This document shows positions 1 to 11,424 of a stretch of DNA of 64,000 nucleotides, piece after piece. The stretch spans positions 64,001-128,000 of the forward strand of contig CAVXVB010000009.1 in NCBI GenBank assembly GCA_963765205.1. Direction: 5' to 3'. Source of the DNA: an uncultured Verrucomicrobiae bacterium. GTDB taxonomy: Bacteria > Verrucomicrobiota > Verrucomicrobiia > Opitutales > JABDGR01. The notes beneath the pieces are model-generated. The model saw nothing but the letters and a program-made list of their open reading frames with translations, did no database searches and was not told where the DNA came from. Within the stretch, counting starts at the first letter, position 1. Each line of letters begins with the position of its first letter. Made by a program: the position numbers and the translations under genes.

Positions 1-2
1 GC

Positions 3-167
3 GGCTTGGTGAACGAAATGCGTGTCGCCGCGGTGGCGCTCCTGGCGGTGGGCCAGTTGGTGTTTCTGGTCAATTTTGGCTGGATGGCCGCCGGCGCGGC
101 TTGCGAATGCGGCTGTGCGTTTTTGAAAAAACTGGGCCTGTTCCCGGTGGGATGGAGGCTCCCATGA
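3..167 (+). CDS. 3' end of a membrane protein, probably cbb3-type cytochrome c oxidase subunit I-like (partial)
   Basis: Open frame from base 3 (GLVNEMRVAAVALLAVGQLVFLVNFGW...) with a hydrophobic helix. Its TGA (165-167) overlaps the ATG of the ccoO-like gene. Identity inferred from position. Confidence 0.5.
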   Translation, partial: GLVNEMRVAAVALLAVGQLVFLVNFGWMAAGAACECGCAFLKKLGLFPVGWRLP

Positions 168-859
168 AGAATCTGCAACTGCTTTATTGCGGCATTCTCT
201 TCGTGCTGGTCGCCCCCTGGTGCGGGCTGATCCTCGCCTCGAATGTGCAAATCGGCGGCCTTGAACCGGGCGCGACGGACGAAGGCGACCCGGTTTACCC
301 CAAGGCGGCTGCCGGCATTGCCGAGCAGGGCCGCCAGGTTTACATCGAGATGGGCTGCGTCTATTGCCACACCCAGCAGCCCCGCCCCGTGAATGCCGAA
401 GTCCTTCTCGACCAGACGGTCAAGACCAAGGACGGCTCGAAGGTCGAGCCGGTTTTCCTCAGTCCCGATATCGCGCGCAATTGGGCCAAGCGCGGTTCCG
501 TGGCCCGCGATTACATCTACCAGTCGCGCCCGCAGCTCGGTTTTGTGCGCGTCGGCCCCGATTTGGCCGACGTGGGCGCCCATCCGATTGCCGCCTTGGA
601 TTCGGACTGGCTCTACCTGCATCTCTACGATCCGCAAATCAAAAGCCCCGGCTCGATCATGCCGACGTTCCGCTTCCTCTTTACCCAGCAAAAAATCGGC
701 GACCAGCCCTCGGCGGATGCGCTCAAGCTGCCGGACTCCGAGCCGATCCGGGCGCCGGCCGGATATGAAGTGGTCCCCACGGCGCGGGCCAAGGCATTGG
801 TGGCCTACCTGCGCAGCTTGAACCTCGATTACGATCTGCCGGAAGCCCCCCTGCCGTAG
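164..859 (+). CDS. ccoO: cbb3-type cytochrome c oxidase subunit II-like monoheme protein
   Basis: N-terminal TM helix, GRQVYIEMGCVYCHTQQ heme motif, RVGPDLA and SIMP motifs typical of CcoO/FixO. ATG at 164 couples to the upstream stop. Confidence 0.85.
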   Translation: MKNLQLLYCGILFVLVAPWCGLILASNVQIGGLEPGATDEGDPVYPKAAAGIAEQGRQVYIEMGCVYCHTQQPRPVNAEVLLDQTVKTKDGSKVEPVFLSPDIARNWAKRGSVARDYIYQSRPQLGFVRVGPDLADVGAHPIAALDSDWLYLHLYDPQIKSPGSIMPTFRFLFTQQKIGDQPSADALKLPDSEPIRAPAGYEVVPTARAKALVAYLRSLNLDYDLPEAPLP

Positions 860-871
860 GGCCCTAGCGCC

Positions 872-1648
872 ATGAGTGAAACCTCTCCCAGTTCCCCGCA
901 TCCCTCCGGCTCGTCTTCCGCGCCGGGCGGCTTGGCCGGTGGCGCGGACAGCATGGGTGACCAGACGCTGCAAGCGATTCATGCCAGGCTCCTGCATGAG
1001 AAGGAGGAGCCGAGCGAGGGCTTTTCCCTCATCCCGATATTCCTCATCTTTCTCGGTTGCGTGCTGGTGTATACGAACGGCGTTTACCTTGCCACCCGCT
1101 CCGGCGCGTTTCATGGGGACGTATACAATGACCACTGGGTGCCTGGTGGCAACGGCCCGGCGGTGATTGACCCTTACAAACTGGGCGCCCGCGTCTTCAA
1201 GGACAATTGCGCGACCTGCCACCAGCCCGACGGCATGGGGAAGGAAGGCGCGTATCCGCCGCTGGCCGGCTCACCTTGGCCGGTCGGCAACCCCGCGCGC
1301 GCCATTAAAATTGTTCTCGCCGGCATGGGCGGGGCCATCACCGTCAACGGCCACAGCATTCCCAACGGCGCCATGCCGCCCGTGGGCGCGACATTGCCCG
1401 ACGCGCAGATTGCCGCCGTGTTGACCTACGTCCGCGCCACCTGGGGGAATAATGATTCCGCGGTGGATCCCGCGGTCGTGACGCAAACCCGAGCTGACAT
1501 GGGCAAGCGCGGCACATGGACACCGGATGAAATTCTCAAGGAGAATCCGTTGGGAGATTATCATCCTCCGGCGCCCGTCCCGGTGGATGCTTCCGCGCCC
1601 GCCGCTTCTGGTGCTCCCGCACCCGCCGCGGCGTCGGCGACAAATTAA
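872..1648 (+). CDS. membrane-anchored c-type cytochrome
   Basis: TM helix, CATCHQ heme motif, YPPLAGS, distal MPP, IAAVLTYVR..WGN; Pro/Ala tail. Confidence 0.9.
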   Translation: MSETSPSSPHPSGSSSAPGGLAGGADSMGDQTLQAIHARLLHEKEEPSEGFSLIPIFLIFLGCVLVYTNGVYLATRSGAFHGDVYNDHWVPGGNGPAVIDPYKLGARVFKDNCATCHQPDGMGKEGAYPPLAGSPWPVGNPARAIKIVLAGMGGAITVNGHSIPNGAMPPVGATLPDAQIAAVLTYVRATWGNNDSAVDPAVVTQTRADMGKRGTWTPDEILKENPLGDYHPPAPVPVDASAPAASGAPAPAAASATN

Positions 1649-1702
1649 TGTCCGCGCCGATTGCGAGTTTCGCGCTGGTCGAAGCCGCCCTGGCCGCGCG
1701 GA

Positions 1703-2638
1703 CTATTGCCTTTGCCATTGCCCGGCATTGGCCGCCGGGGTGGGGTGGGTGGGGGTGGTTTCACCGATGCCGTTGAGGCCTTGGCGGCGGAGGGAGACGA
1801 TGACTTGCAGGCGCTGGTCGTGCGCGCCTTTGTAGGTGCCGCGCATGGGCGCGACATCGTGGTAATCGCGCCCCACAGCCGTCACGACGTGCCGCTCGCC
1901 GGCAGCCTGGTTGTTGGTCGGGTCGAGTCCATACCATTCGCCGCCGGGCAAAAAGACTTCGATCCACGCATGGCTGGCCGCCGCGCCGACGAGCGCGGGG
2001 TCGGTTTTTTCCGGGTCGTAGTGTTCGATGTAGCCGCTGACGTAACGCGCGGGCAGGCCGGCGTTGCGCACAATCGCCAGCATCAAATGTGCGAAATCCT
2101 GGCAGACACCACTGCGTTGCTTGATGACTTGTTCCAGCGGCGTGCTGATGTCCGTCACGCCGGGTTTATACGCGAATTCGCGATAGATATAGGTGTTGAG
2201 TACCAGCAGTGATTCGCCCAGCGCCGCGCCCGGCTCGAAGAACCGCGGCTTGAGCGGGCGCAGGACTTCGCCCAGCGGCACGGTGTCGCTGGGCTGGAGA
2301 AAGTCGAACAGCCGGAACATCTGGCTGTGGACGATCTGGCGCGTTTCGGCGACGTTGACGCTGAGCGGCTCGCGCAAATCCGGCGGCGGAAAGGTTTCCA
2401 CTTCGGCGGTGGCCTCGACCGCGAGCCGCTGGTGGCGGAACGGGACGGAGAAAAATTCCACATGGTTGCCGAAATAGTCCACGTAGTTGTCCACCGGCAC
2501 GCGCGGTTCGATGGCGAGCTGGCGCTGGAGGACTTTTTGCGTCTCGGTGTCACGCGGCCACACGCGCAACTCCGCGAAGCACTCGGAGGCGGGCGCGACG
2601 TAGGCGTATTCAGTGCGATGGGTGACGCGGAAGCGCAT
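1703..2638 (-). CDS. transglutaminase-like family protein
   Basis: N-terminal H.T.Y.Y and DYFGN motifs; GVCQDFAH, ARYVSGY, SHAW, DPTN and GRDY.DV (Cys-His-Asp triad). Confidence 0.92.
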   Translation of the reverse strand: MRFRVTHRTEYAYVAPASECFAELRVWPRDTETQKVLQRQLAIEPRVPVDNYVDYFGNHVEFFSVPFRHQRLAVEATAEVETFPPPDLREPLSVNVAETRQIVHSQMFRLFDFLQPSDTVPLGEVLRPLKPRFFEPGAALGESLLVLNTYIYREFAYKPGVTDISTPLEQVIKQRSGVCQDFAHLMLAIVRNAGLPARYVSGYIEHYDPEKTDPALVGAAASHAWIEVFLPGGEWYGLDPTNNQAAGERHVVTAVGRDYHDVAPMRGTYKGAHDQRLQVIVSLRRQGLNGIGETTPTHPTPAANAGQWQRQ

Positions 2639-2662
2639 GGCGCGGGGCGGGTGGACGGGAGC

Positions 2663-5176
2663 TTAGCGAAATTCGAGCTTGGTTTGCTCGCCTTTGGCGA
2701 AGGCGTGCTGGTGGCTGAAGTAAGTGTCTTCGAGGCGCTGGTGCAAGGCTTCGATTTGGTGGCGCAAATCACCCAGCAAATCGCTGTGGTCGGTGGTGAG
2801 CACCTGGGCGGGGTCGAGGCGCTGGCAGGTTTCTTCCAGGACGGTCAGTTCGTCCAAGAGGGGATTGGCTGGGCCGAGGTCGCGGTGCGTTTGCAGGTTG
2901 GCGAGGGCCAGGCGCAAATGGGTGAGGCAATGCCCGGCGGAACTCGGGTTGCCGGCGTTCCCGATCATGAGCGCAATCACACGGCCCAGATACGCGCGCG
3001 AGCGGTAGGTGCGCCGGTAGGCGTCCAGCGAGCAAAGCAGGCGCAGCAGCGCGATGAGGTCGGTCTCCTGCTCGAGGCGGCCGAGCAACTGGCGGCCTTC
3101 CGGGCCGACGAGCGCTTGGAGGATGGCGAGCGTGTCAATGGCGCGCTCGAGCCAGCCGCCGATGCGGAAAAACTGCCAGGCCTCGTCGTGCAACATGGTG
3201 CGTTCAGCCGCGCCGCTGGCGCGCTGGGTTTCCTCGACCACGATTTGGCAGATCTCCCGCAGGCGCGCCCGCGAGGCGTTTTTGGGCCGCGCGCCGACCT
3301 CGAGTAATTTGAGACCGAGCTGGTTGAGCGCCTGCCACAACTCGGGCGTCACGATGTCGCGGATGCCCGAGGCGTTGCTGATGGCCGCGCGCACGCAGGC
3401 GTGGACGGAGGCCGGCAGGGCGCGGTCGAGCACGAGCGCGCGCGTCAAGTCCGGCAAGTCCGGCGGCGGCTCGATGTTGGTGCGCACCCATTGGTCGGCG
3501 GACACGGCCACGGCGCGCCACAAGGGCCAATAGAGGCGTTGTGCGTCGGTGCCCAGCGCGTCCCAGCGCAGCGCATCGAGGGTGTTGAGCTGGCGGGCGA
3601 TGTTTTCAGCGCGTTCGAGGTAGCGGCCCATCCAATACATGGTTTCGGCGACGCGGCTGCCGATGGAAAATTCCTCGCCGGCGGTCTCGGGCTCGGCGGC
3701 GGCGGCGGCGAAGGTCGGGGCGCCGCCGGAACTTTCGGCGGAGACCCAGGTGTCCTTGATGCCGCCGGTCATAATGGTCAGGCGCTGGCTTTCGTGGCGG
3801 CCGAGGGCCTGGCGCGTCAGTCCGCCGGGCAGCACCACGGGTGTTTCGCCGAGCAGCACAAACGCGCGCAAGAAGACACTGCGCGATACGAATTCGCCCT
3901 CGTGGAAACGGGGCGCGTGGCTGGGCGCGAGCACGGGCTGGGCCACGAGCAGGTCGGGATGCAGCTCGAGCGCCGGGCGCAGGTCGCGCGAGCCGGAGAG
4001 GTCGAGCTGCTTGCCGTAATACTTCTGCATCGTGTTCAAGTCGTGGATGGGCTTGAGCACCATGCTGGCGAGGTTGTGGCGGACGTGCGCGGCCTGGTCC
4101 ACGTCGCGGCAGGTGAAGGTTGGCACAGTCTTGAGCAGCGGTTTCTCGTGCAAATAATAGAGAATGATCTGGTCGGAGTAGCGGAGGATGGCGCGGTTGT
4201 CCGCCACGCCGCAGCCGATGGCGTTGACGATGGCGACCGCGCCTTTACGCACGCAGTTGACCAGCCCCGGCACGCCCTGGAAGCGCGACTTCCCAAAGGC
4301 AATCGGGTCAATCGAGGAGCTTTCGATGCGGCGGTAAATCACGTCCACCTGTTCAAGGCCGCGGATGGTCTTGAGGAACACGCGGCTTTCGCGCACGAGC
4401 AAATCGCCGGGCTGCACCATGGCAATGCCGAGGCTGCGCGCGAGGAAACTTTCCTCGAAGTAGGACTGGTTGTCCTCACCCCGGCACAGGAGGACGGCGT
4501 GCGGGTTGGGCAGCGGCGAGGAGGCCCGCAGCATTTCCGCCATTTGCGCCGCAAAGGGCGCGACCGGGGCCACGTCCACGGTGGCGAATAATTCGGGAAA
4601 GGCCTGGGCCAGCATCCGGCGCGATTGCAGCACGTAGGCGATGCCGAAGGGCGTGGAAAAATGGTTTTCGAGCACCTGCCACGCGCCGGCGGCGTCGCGC
4701 ACCAAATCCACGGCGACCAGGGGCGCGTAGAGGTTTTCGCGGATGGGCAGACCGATCAGTTGGCGGTGAAAGGCCGGGTCACTCAGCACAATTTCGTGAG
4801 GCACGGCGCGGTCGTGCAGAATGCGCTGCGGGCCGTAGATGTCGGCGATATAGGCATTGAAGGCGCGGGCACGCTGGATCAGGCCGTGTTCGAGCAAAGA
4901 CCACTCCGTTGTTGCGATGACGCGCGGGAGCAAGTCGAGGCGCCACTCATGGTCGTCAATTGGTTGGTCATCCACCACGGCAAAGTGCGCGCCCAACTCG
5001 CGCGCGGCGCGGGTCAGCCGCGCGCTGCGGGCCATCAACTCGCCGCGGCTGAAGCGGTCCAGCGCGGAAAACAGGCGGGCGACGTCGGGCCGGGGCTGGC
5101 CGGGCGACGACCACATTTCGTCGCGCAGCGGTTGGTAGCCGGCGAAGAGGTCGCGGGAGTTGTCGGGTCGGCGCAC
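2663..5176 (-). CDS. circularly permuted type 2 ATP-grasp protein fused to an alpha-E domain
   Basis: LDLLPRVI, GLIQRARAFN..IADIYG, VDVIYRR, PGGLTR, KDTWV; C-terminal domain with two ER motifs (GRYLERAE, GWLERAI). Confidence 0.88.
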   Translation of the reverse strand: MRRPDNSRDLFAGYQPLRDEMWSSPGQPRPDVARLFSALDRFSRGELMARSARLTRAARELGAHFAVVDDQPIDDHEWRLDLLPRVIATTEWSLLEHGLIQRARAFNAYIADIYGPQRILHDRAVPHEIVLSDPAFHRQLIGLPIRENLYAPLVAVDLVRDAAGAWQVLENHFSTPFGIAYVLQSRRMLAQAFPELFATVDVAPVAPFAAQMAEMLRASSPLPNPHAVLLCRGEDNQSYFEESFLARSLGIAMVQPGDLLVRESRVFLKTIRGLEQVDVIYRRIESSSIDPIAFGKSRFQGVPGLVNCVRKGAVAIVNAIGCGVADNRAILRYSDQIILYYLHEKPLLKTVPTFTCRDVDQAAHVRHNLASMVLKPIHDLNTMQKYYGKQLDLSGSRDLRPALELHPDLLVAQPVLAPSHAPRFHEGEFVSRSVFLRAFVLLGETPVVLPGGLTRQALGRHESQRLTIMTGGIKDTWVSAESSGGAPTFAAAAAEPETAGEEFSIGSRVAETMYWMGRYLERAENIARQLNTLDALRWDALGTDAQRLYWPLWRAVAVSADQWVRTNIEPPPDLPDLTRALVLDRALPASVHACVRAAISNASGIRDIVTPELWQALNQLGLKLLEVGARPKNASRARLREICQIVVEETQRASGAAERTMLHDEAWQFFRIGGWLERAIDTLAILQALVGPEGRQLLGRLEQETDLIALLRLLCSLDAYRRTYRSRAYLGRVIALMIGNAGNPSSAGHCLTHLRLALANLQTHRDLGPANPLLDELTVLEETCQRLDPAQVLTTDHSDLLGDLRHQIEALHQRLEDTYFSHQHAFAKGEQTKLEFR

Positions 5177-5184
5177 GGCGGCAA

Positions 5185-5973
5185 TCAGAGGGTCGGCACG
5201 GCGGCGATGAGCTGGCGCGTGTATTCGTGGCGCGGGTGGGCGTAAATTTCAGCGGCCGTCGCGGCCTCGACGATTTTGCCGCCGGTCATCACCAGCACGT
5301 CGTCGCTGACGTGCTCCACCACCGCGAGGTCGTGGGCGATGAACAGGTAAGTAAGTCCGAGCTGCTGCTGCAGGTCGAGCAGGAGGTTGACGATTTGCGC
5401 CTGCACGGACACGTCGAGCGCACTGACCGGCTCGTCGCAGACGATGAACTCCGGCTCGACCGCCAGGGCGCGGGCGATGCCGATGCGCTGGCGCTGGCCG
5501 CCGGAAAACTCATGCGGGTAGCGGTGCCGGTGGGCCGCTTCGAGGCCGACCAGGCGCAGGAGCTCGGCGACGCGCGATTCGCGCTCCGCCCGGGTCTTTT
5601 TGGGAAAGTGAATTTCGAGCGGTTCGGAGAGAATCTGGAAAACGGTCAGGCGCGGGTTCAATGAATTGAATGGGTCCTGGAAGATCATTTGAATCCGTTT
5701 GCGGTAGGGGAAGAATTCGTGCTCGGAACGGCCGGTCAATTCCGCGCCGTCATATTTGATGGAGCCGCTGGTGATGGGAGCGAGGCGGGTGAGCGCGCGG
5801 CCAATCGTGGTCTTGCCGCTGCCGCTTTCGCCGACCAGCCCGACGGTCGCGCCGCGCGGCACCTGGAACGAGACGCCGTCCACTGCGCGCACCACGTCGC
5901 GGCTGCGGCCGAACACCCCGCCGCGCAGCGGGTAGTGGACGCGCAAATCGGTGACTTCGAGGAGGGGGGACAT
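5185..5973 (-). CDS. peptide ABC transporter ATP-binding subunit (OppF/DppF-like)
   Basis: [28 protein letters not shown]. Confidence 0.95.
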   Translation of the reverse strand: MSPLLEVTDLRVHYPLRGGVFGRSRDVVRAVDGVSFQVPRGATVGLVGESGSGKTTIGRALTRLAPITSGSIKYDGAELTGRSEHEFFPYRKRIQMIFQDPFNSLNPRLTVFQILSEPLEIHFPKKTRAERESRVAELLRLVGLEAAHRHRYPHEFSGGQRQRIGIARALAVEPEFIVCDEPVSALDVSVQAQIVNLLLDLQQQLGLTYLFIAHDLAVVEHVSDDVLVMTGGKIVEAATAAEIYAHPRHEYTRQLIAAVPTL

Positions 5974-6104
5974 GAGAATGGAAAATGGAAGATGGAAAAT
6001 GGAAAAAGAAGAATGAAGAGGAAGAAGCAGATAAAATTAAGAATCCATGATGGAAATAGGAAGCAAAAGAATCGGGTGGTTTGGTTTTTCCATTTTCCAT
6101 TCTT
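5974..6104. repeat. palindromic intergenic element built from 7-bp units (GAAAATG-like)
   Basis: gagaatg/gaaaatg/gaagatg/gaaaatg/gaaaaag/aagaatg at 5974-6015; inverted arm gtttttc/cattttc/cattctt at 6084-6104. Confidence 0.85.
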
Positions 6105-6967
6105 CACACCGCTTCCGCCGCCTCGATTTTCGCGTAATCAATCGTGGTCAGGCGTTCCTGGTGGTGGCCGAGGCGGGGGATGCAGGCGATGAGGGCCTGC
6201 GTGTAGGGGTGCTGGGGCGCGCGCAAGACCTGCGCCACCGGCCCGGCTTCGACGATTTTGCCGCGGAACATCACAATCACGTCGTCGGCAAAGTCGGAGA
6301 CGACGGCGAAATTGTGCGTGATGAGGATGATGGACATGCGGTGCCGGGCACGCACATCGCGCAGGAGGTCGAGGATTTGCTTCTGGATGGTGACGTCGAG
6401 CGCGGTGGTCGGCTCGTCGGCGACGAGAACGTGCGGCTCGCAGGCGAGGGCCATGGCGATCATGACGCGCTGCTGCATGCCGCCGCTGAGTTCGTGCGGG
6501 TAGGCGCGGGCGCGTTTTTCCGGGTCGCGGATGCCCACGTCGCGCAGGGCCGCGACCACTCGCCCGGGCACGTCTTTTACTTGGGGCAGGTGCAGCTTCA
6601 CCGCCTCCGCAATCTGCCAACCGACGGAAAACACCGGGTTGAGCGAGCTGCCTGGCTCCTGGAAAATGTAGGCGATTTCCTTGCCGCGGATTTTTTGCAA
6701 TTCTCCCGGCAGCGCGGCCAGCACGTCCCGCCCGCGGTAGAGCACCCGCCCGCTTAAGGTGCAGGCTGGTGGCGGGGGCAGCAAACGCGTCAGCGCAAGG
6801 GCGGTGACGGACTTACCGCTGCCGCTTTCGCCCACCACCGCGAGCGTCCGCCCCTCGTGCAGTTGGAACGAGATGCCATTGACGGCCTCGACGACCTGGT
6901 CGCGGCCATGGAAGCTGATGCGCAAGTTTTCGACTTGCAGGAGCGGGGAGGATGCGGAATCGGGCAC
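6104..6967 (-). CDS. peptide ABC transporter ATP-binding subunit (OppD/DppD-like)
   Basis: GESGSGKSVT, LSGGMQQR, ADEPTTALD, HPYT. Confidence 0.95.
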   Translation of the reverse strand: MPDSASSPLLQVENLRISFHGRDQVVEAVNGISFQLHEGRTLAVVGESGSGKSVTALALTRLLPPPPACTLSGRVLYRGRDVLAALPGELQKIRGKEIAYIFQEPGSSLNPVFSVGWQIAEAVKLHLPQVKDVPGRVVAALRDVGIRDPEKRARAYPHELSGGMQQRVMIAMALACEPHVLVADEPTTALDVTIQKQILDLLRDVRARHRMSIILITHNFAVVSDFADDVIVMFRGKIVEAGPVAQVLRAPQHPYTQALIACIPRLGHHQERLTTIDYAKIEAAEAV

Positions 6968-6973
6968 GACAAT

Positions 6974-7022
6974 TAATTTCGAGTTTCGGGTTGCGAGTTG
7001 CAGATTACACGTTGCAGGTTGG
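6974..7022. repeat. 7-bp periodic repeat (GAGTTGC-like)
   Basis: taatttc/gagtttc/gggttgc/gagttgc/agattac/acgttgc/aggttgg. Confidence 0.7.
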
Positions 7023-7127
7023 GGTTAGGGTTGGAGTTTTCGGAAGGGTTTTGGTTCGTTGGTGCGGGAGATTGATGGGCTTGTCCTCAGTCGCCTCAGG
7101 GATCTCAGTCGCCGGAGTGGCCTTTGG

Positions 7128-9538
7128 TCAGCGCGTCTTCATTTTGGGGTCCACGATATCGCGGAGGGCGTCGCCCAGCAAATTAAATGACACGACGGTG
7201 ACAAAGATGGCGAGGCCGGGCAAGAGCATCCACCAGAAATTGAGCATCATAACTTTCATGTCCTGCGCCTGGGCCAGCATCAAGCCCCACGAGGCCGACG
7301 GCTCCTGGATGCCGAGGCCCAAAAAGGACAGCGCGGCCTCGCCGAGAATATACGCGGGGATGGACAAGGTGGCTGCGACCAGCAAATACCCGGCCAGATC
7401 GGCAAAAAATGTTTAAAGAGGATTTTGCCCGTGCTTTGGCCCAGGCATTCGGCGGCGGTGACAAACGGCCGCTCACGCAGTGACAGGCTCATGCCGCGCA
7501 AGACGCGCGCCATACCCGCCCAGCCAATCAGCGAAAGAATCACGATGATGACCAGATACATTTCCGACGAGCCGAAGTGCGGGGCCAGCGCCGCGCGCAG
7601 GGCCATCAGCAGATACAGCGTGGGCATTGCCATGAGGAATTCCACCGCGCGCATGGCGAAAAAGTCGAAGCTGCCCCCAAAATAACCGGCCAGCCCGCCG
7701 ACGAGGAAGCCCATCACGAGGGTGATGCCGATGCCGACCAGCCCGATGGTGAGGGAGATTCGCGCGCCATATAAGAGGCGGGAGAACAAATCGCGGCCCG
7801 TCGAATCGCTCCCCAACAAATAGAGCGGATAGTCGTTGGGGTCGGCGCTGGGGCCGAATTGGGCGGTGAGCGCAGCTTGGTCCACGACGATCAAGTGGCG
7901 ATCCATCTCGAACCACGCCAATATTTTTTCCGCCCAGCTATGCTCCCGCCGGGGTTGCGCCAGTTCCTGTTCTTCGTCGTCGCTGAGGAAATAGCCGAGC
8001 AAGTTATATCGAAAGCCGTGGCCAAAGATCTTCAGGGGCACTTGGGCGCCCGGTTTCTCCTCGTAATGCGCGGTTGGGGGATCCACGTTGGTGTAAACGG
8101 GAGTCCACCAGCGGCCATCATGCCAAGTGAGCCGACTGGGCGAATGGAAAGTGTTTTTGAGGTTAATCAGGCCAATCGGTTGCGTGGAAAGCGTTTCCGC
8201 AAAAAAAGCCGCGAAATAGAATAAGGCCAGAGTCGTTGCCGCAACCGCAATCAAGGGATGCCGGGGCAGGCTGGCCAAAAGCTTTTTGAGGGTGGGCAGG
8301 GAGAACCACAGGAACAGGCCGGCGGCCAGAATTAAAAACACCGCCCCGGCCATCTCCAGCCGGCTAAACACCACTCCTAATTTGTCGGCATCGTCCCAGG
8401 GCAGGGAATAGATGCCGAGACAGGCCATGAGTATTACAGCCACGGCGACGAGCAAGGCCAGATTGGCGCCGCGGTGCTTAGCCCCGGAGCCGGTGTGCAT
8501 TTTTTCCAGGCGGATACGAGGGTCGGACAGGGCGAGGAGAATGTCCGCCAAAAGATTGCCGAGGACGAGCATGACCGAGCCGACGAGCACCGAGGCCATC
8601 ACCACAAATTCATCGTGGCGCAAAAATGCGTCGTAGATCAACCGCCCCAGGCCGGGATAGCTCATCACGATTTCCACCAGCAGCGCGCCAGAGAGCAGGT
8701 TGCCGATGGCCAGGCCGAACGTGGTGATGAGGGGATTGATGGCGTTGCGCAGAACATGGACGAACATAATCCGGCCCTCCGGCACGCCTTTGGCGCGCGC
8801 GGTGGTGACGAATTCCGCGCGCAAATAATCCAACATGCTCATGCGCATGACACGCATCATGCTGGCCACGGTGCCTGCGCCCAAGATCAAGGTCGGCAGG
8901 ATCAAGTGCCAGCCAAAGTCCACCACCCGCGCGCCGGGTGAAAAAAAGTCGGCGTCGTAAGACGAACGGCCGCCGATAGGCAGCCAGCCGGACTTCGCGG
9001 CAGGGATGATGAGCAGCAAACCGAGAAAATATTCGGGAAAAGACAGGGCGCCGTAGGCCAGCATCGAGGTAAAGCGGTCAATGAAGGAATTCTGCCGGAT
9101 GGCGGCCAGCACGCCCAGCGGCACGGCCACGATCCACGCCAGCAGCAGCGAGGAAATTTCCAGCGCCACCGTGGCGGGCACGCGCTGCAGGAGCAGACTG
9201 GTCACCGGCACGCGGTATTCGAAGGATTCGCCCAGACTTGGCGCGCCGAATCTCAAATGCCAGGTGAACTCGCCTTTTTCGTCCACAAACTTCACCGGAG
9301 AGGTGGTGTTGACCCAGTGGAAATAGCGCACATAACCCGGATTGGGATTCCCGTTAAGGTCCTTATAGCCATATTCGCGTTCGAGTTGCGCAATGAGGGC
9401 GGGTGAAATGTCCTTGCGCGCCCGGTATTCGTCCAGCGCATCGCCTGGGGCCAGGCTCATGAGAAAAAACACCAGGATGCTGATCAGCACGAGCAGCGGG
9501 ATCATGGCGAGCAGGCGGCGAATTATAAAAATCAGCAT
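7128..9538 (-). CDS. fused OppB-OppC peptide ABC permease, with an apparent 1-nt frameshift near 7399
   Basis: OppB half (ARAKG..HVLRNA, SYPGLGRL, DPRIR) is continuous with the OppC half (LLGSDSTGRDLFSRLLYGARISL). Frame breaks at HFLP (ccg-at-ctg); adding one base restores ..LAGYLLVAATLSIP..GDALRDIVDPK, giving 803 aa. Confidence 0.85.
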
Positions 9539-9540
9539 GG

Positions 9541-11424
9541 CTATTTTTGATTGGCCGGCTCTTCCCACAATTCCTCGAGGTTCCAAATGATGGAGCCGGA
9601 GGGCGGCACCCGCACATTTTGCCACTTGTTCTTGATGGCTTCATACTGGTTGGGCGCGACGATATACAACAGGGGACATTCATCGGCCAGGATCTCCTGA
9701 ATTTGCCAGAAATCCTTTTTGCGCTCGGTCTGGTCGAAGGTGCGTTCCGAGGCGTCCATCAGATCGTCAATCTGCTTTTCCCAAGGGGTGGCGGGGGTCG
9801 GTTCCTGAGGATACCACTCGTGATTTTCGCCATCGCTGCGCAAGAGCGATTTATTGCCCGACGGGTCCCCTTCACCCTGCGACGAACCCCAGCCAATCAG
9901 CGTCATCTCGTAGTCGAAACTGTTAGTTACTTTTTGCAGCAAGAGGGAAAAGTCCACGAAGGTCATCTTCAGATTGATACCGAGGTCCTGCAGGTTTTGT
10001 TTGAGGATGGTGGAAATGTCCTTGGGCCGGCGGCCGCCTTCCGCCAGCAGCAAATTGATTTCGACCTTGTGTCCGTCCTTGTCCACCAAGTCGCCTTGGT
10101 CATCGTGTTTGAAGCCGGCCTCGGTCAACAGCTCCTTGGCCTTGGCGGGGTCGTAGGGATATTGAGGCAGGTTGGGGGCATGCCAGTGCGGGTTGCCCTG
10201 GTTGATGAGCGAATCCGAAGGCTGGGCCATGTCGAAGTAAACCCCGTGGACAACGCCTTCACGGTTAAAGGCATACATGATGGCTTGGCGAAAGCGCTTA
10301 TCCGAAAACCAGGCGAGTTTATACGGTTCAACATAGGGCTTGCCGTTCTTGTCTTTGCCCGGGTTAAGGTTGAACCAGTAAAAGATGGCATCCGGCATGG
10401 GGCCCATGTCGTGGATGGTAAAATCGTAAATTTTCTGCGTTTTTTTGACCCAAGCCAGGTCGGTGCCGGGAATGCCGGGGTTCCATTCCGCCTCAGATTG
10501 CCCGGTGGCAAAATTCATGATCTCTTGTTCGGCGGTGGCCACTTTCTGAACGATGAAAAAATCCACATAGGGCAGGCGCTGGCCGGCGGAATCAGCGCGC
10601 CAGTAATACGGGTTGGGCGCATACACCACGCGCTCCGCCGGCTTGAAGGACTTGATGACAAACGGGCCGGTGCCCACCAGTTGCTCGGGGTGGTCAATGG
10701 CGGTTTGGGTGGACCATTGCTTGAGCAGCGAGCCATCCTTGAACGCCGTTTCCAGCTTGTGCTTCGGCAGGATGAGGATGTTGTTCATGTCATTGACGAA
10801 CGGCGAATAAACCACTGGCGTGATGATCTCGACCGTGTAGTCGTCTATTTTGCGGTATTGGGGAATTTCGCCGTTGAAGGTGAATTGGTCATACATCTCG
10901 TTCGGGTAGAGCGGTTCTTTTTCGCCGGTGGCGGAGTTGGCTTTCTGGGTGAAGACGCAGTCGAGGGTGAAAATCACGTCGTCGGCGTTGAACGGCACGC
11001 CGTCGCTCCATTTGACGCCCTTGCGCAGGTGGAAGGTATAGGTCTTTTTGTCGTCGCCAATGTTCCACGAGGTGGCCAGGGCGGGAATCATCGTGGCCGT
11101 CATCGGGTCATAGTTGACCAGCGGTGATTGGAAATACATCTCGGCGTTCTGCGAACTTTGGTCGCCCCCTGGAATGAGGAAATTGAACGTCTTCGGTTCG
11201 TCAATGTCCACTTCCACAAACGTGCCGCCGTATTTGCCGGGCGGGGTCTTGGAAATGTCCATCTCCTCGCCCGGCCCCGGGGGTGCGCCGTGGTTGGCGA
11301 CTGGTGGGGGCTTGCAACTGGTGAGCAAGGCAACCACCGGCACCAGCGCCGCCCAAAAGCCAATTTGGCCGCTTGGGTGGCGGCGGCGCGGGGTGGGTGG
11401 GCGGGTGCGGGAACGGCGGAACAT
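9541..11424 (-). CDS. peptide ABC transporter substrate-binding lipoprotein (family 5)
   Basis: Lipobox [27 protein letters not shown]. Confidence 0.92.
   Translation of the reverse strand: MFRRSRTRPPTPRRRHPSGQIGFWAALVPVVALLTSCKPPPVANHGAPPGPGEEMDISKTPPGKYGGTFVEVDIDEPKTFNFLIPGGDQSSQNAEMYFQSPLVNYDPMTATMIPALATSWNIGDDKKTYTFHLRKGVKWSDGVPFNADDVIFTLDCVFTQKANSATGEKEPLYPNEMYDQFTFNGEIPQYRKIDDYTVEIITPVVYSPFVNDMNNILILPKHKLETAFKDGSLLKQWSTQTAIDHPEQLVGTGPFVIKSFKPAERVVYAPNPYYWRADSAGQRLPYVDFFIVQKVATAEQEIMNFATGQSEAEWNPGIPGTDLAWVKKTQKIYDFTIHDMGPMPDAIFYWFNLNPGKDKNGKPYVEPYKLAWFSDKRFRQAIMYAFNREGVVHGVYFDMAQPSDSLINQGNPHWHAPNLPQYPYDPAKAKELLTEAGFKHDDQGDLVDKDGHKVEINLLLAEGGRRPKDISTILKQNLQDLGINLKMTFVDFSLLLQKVTNSFDYEMTLIGWGSSQGEGDPSGNKSLLRSDGENHEWYPQEPTPATPWEKQIDDLMDASERTFDQTERKKDFWQIQEILADECPLLYIVAPNQYEAIKNKWQNVRVPPSGSIIWNLEELWEEPANQK

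Noticed and set aside
9547..11127. 526-aa plus-strand ORF (likewise 2327-3307, 3401-4591, 23858-25165, 37847-39001)
   Set aside because: Antisense shadows of well-supported minus-strand genes.
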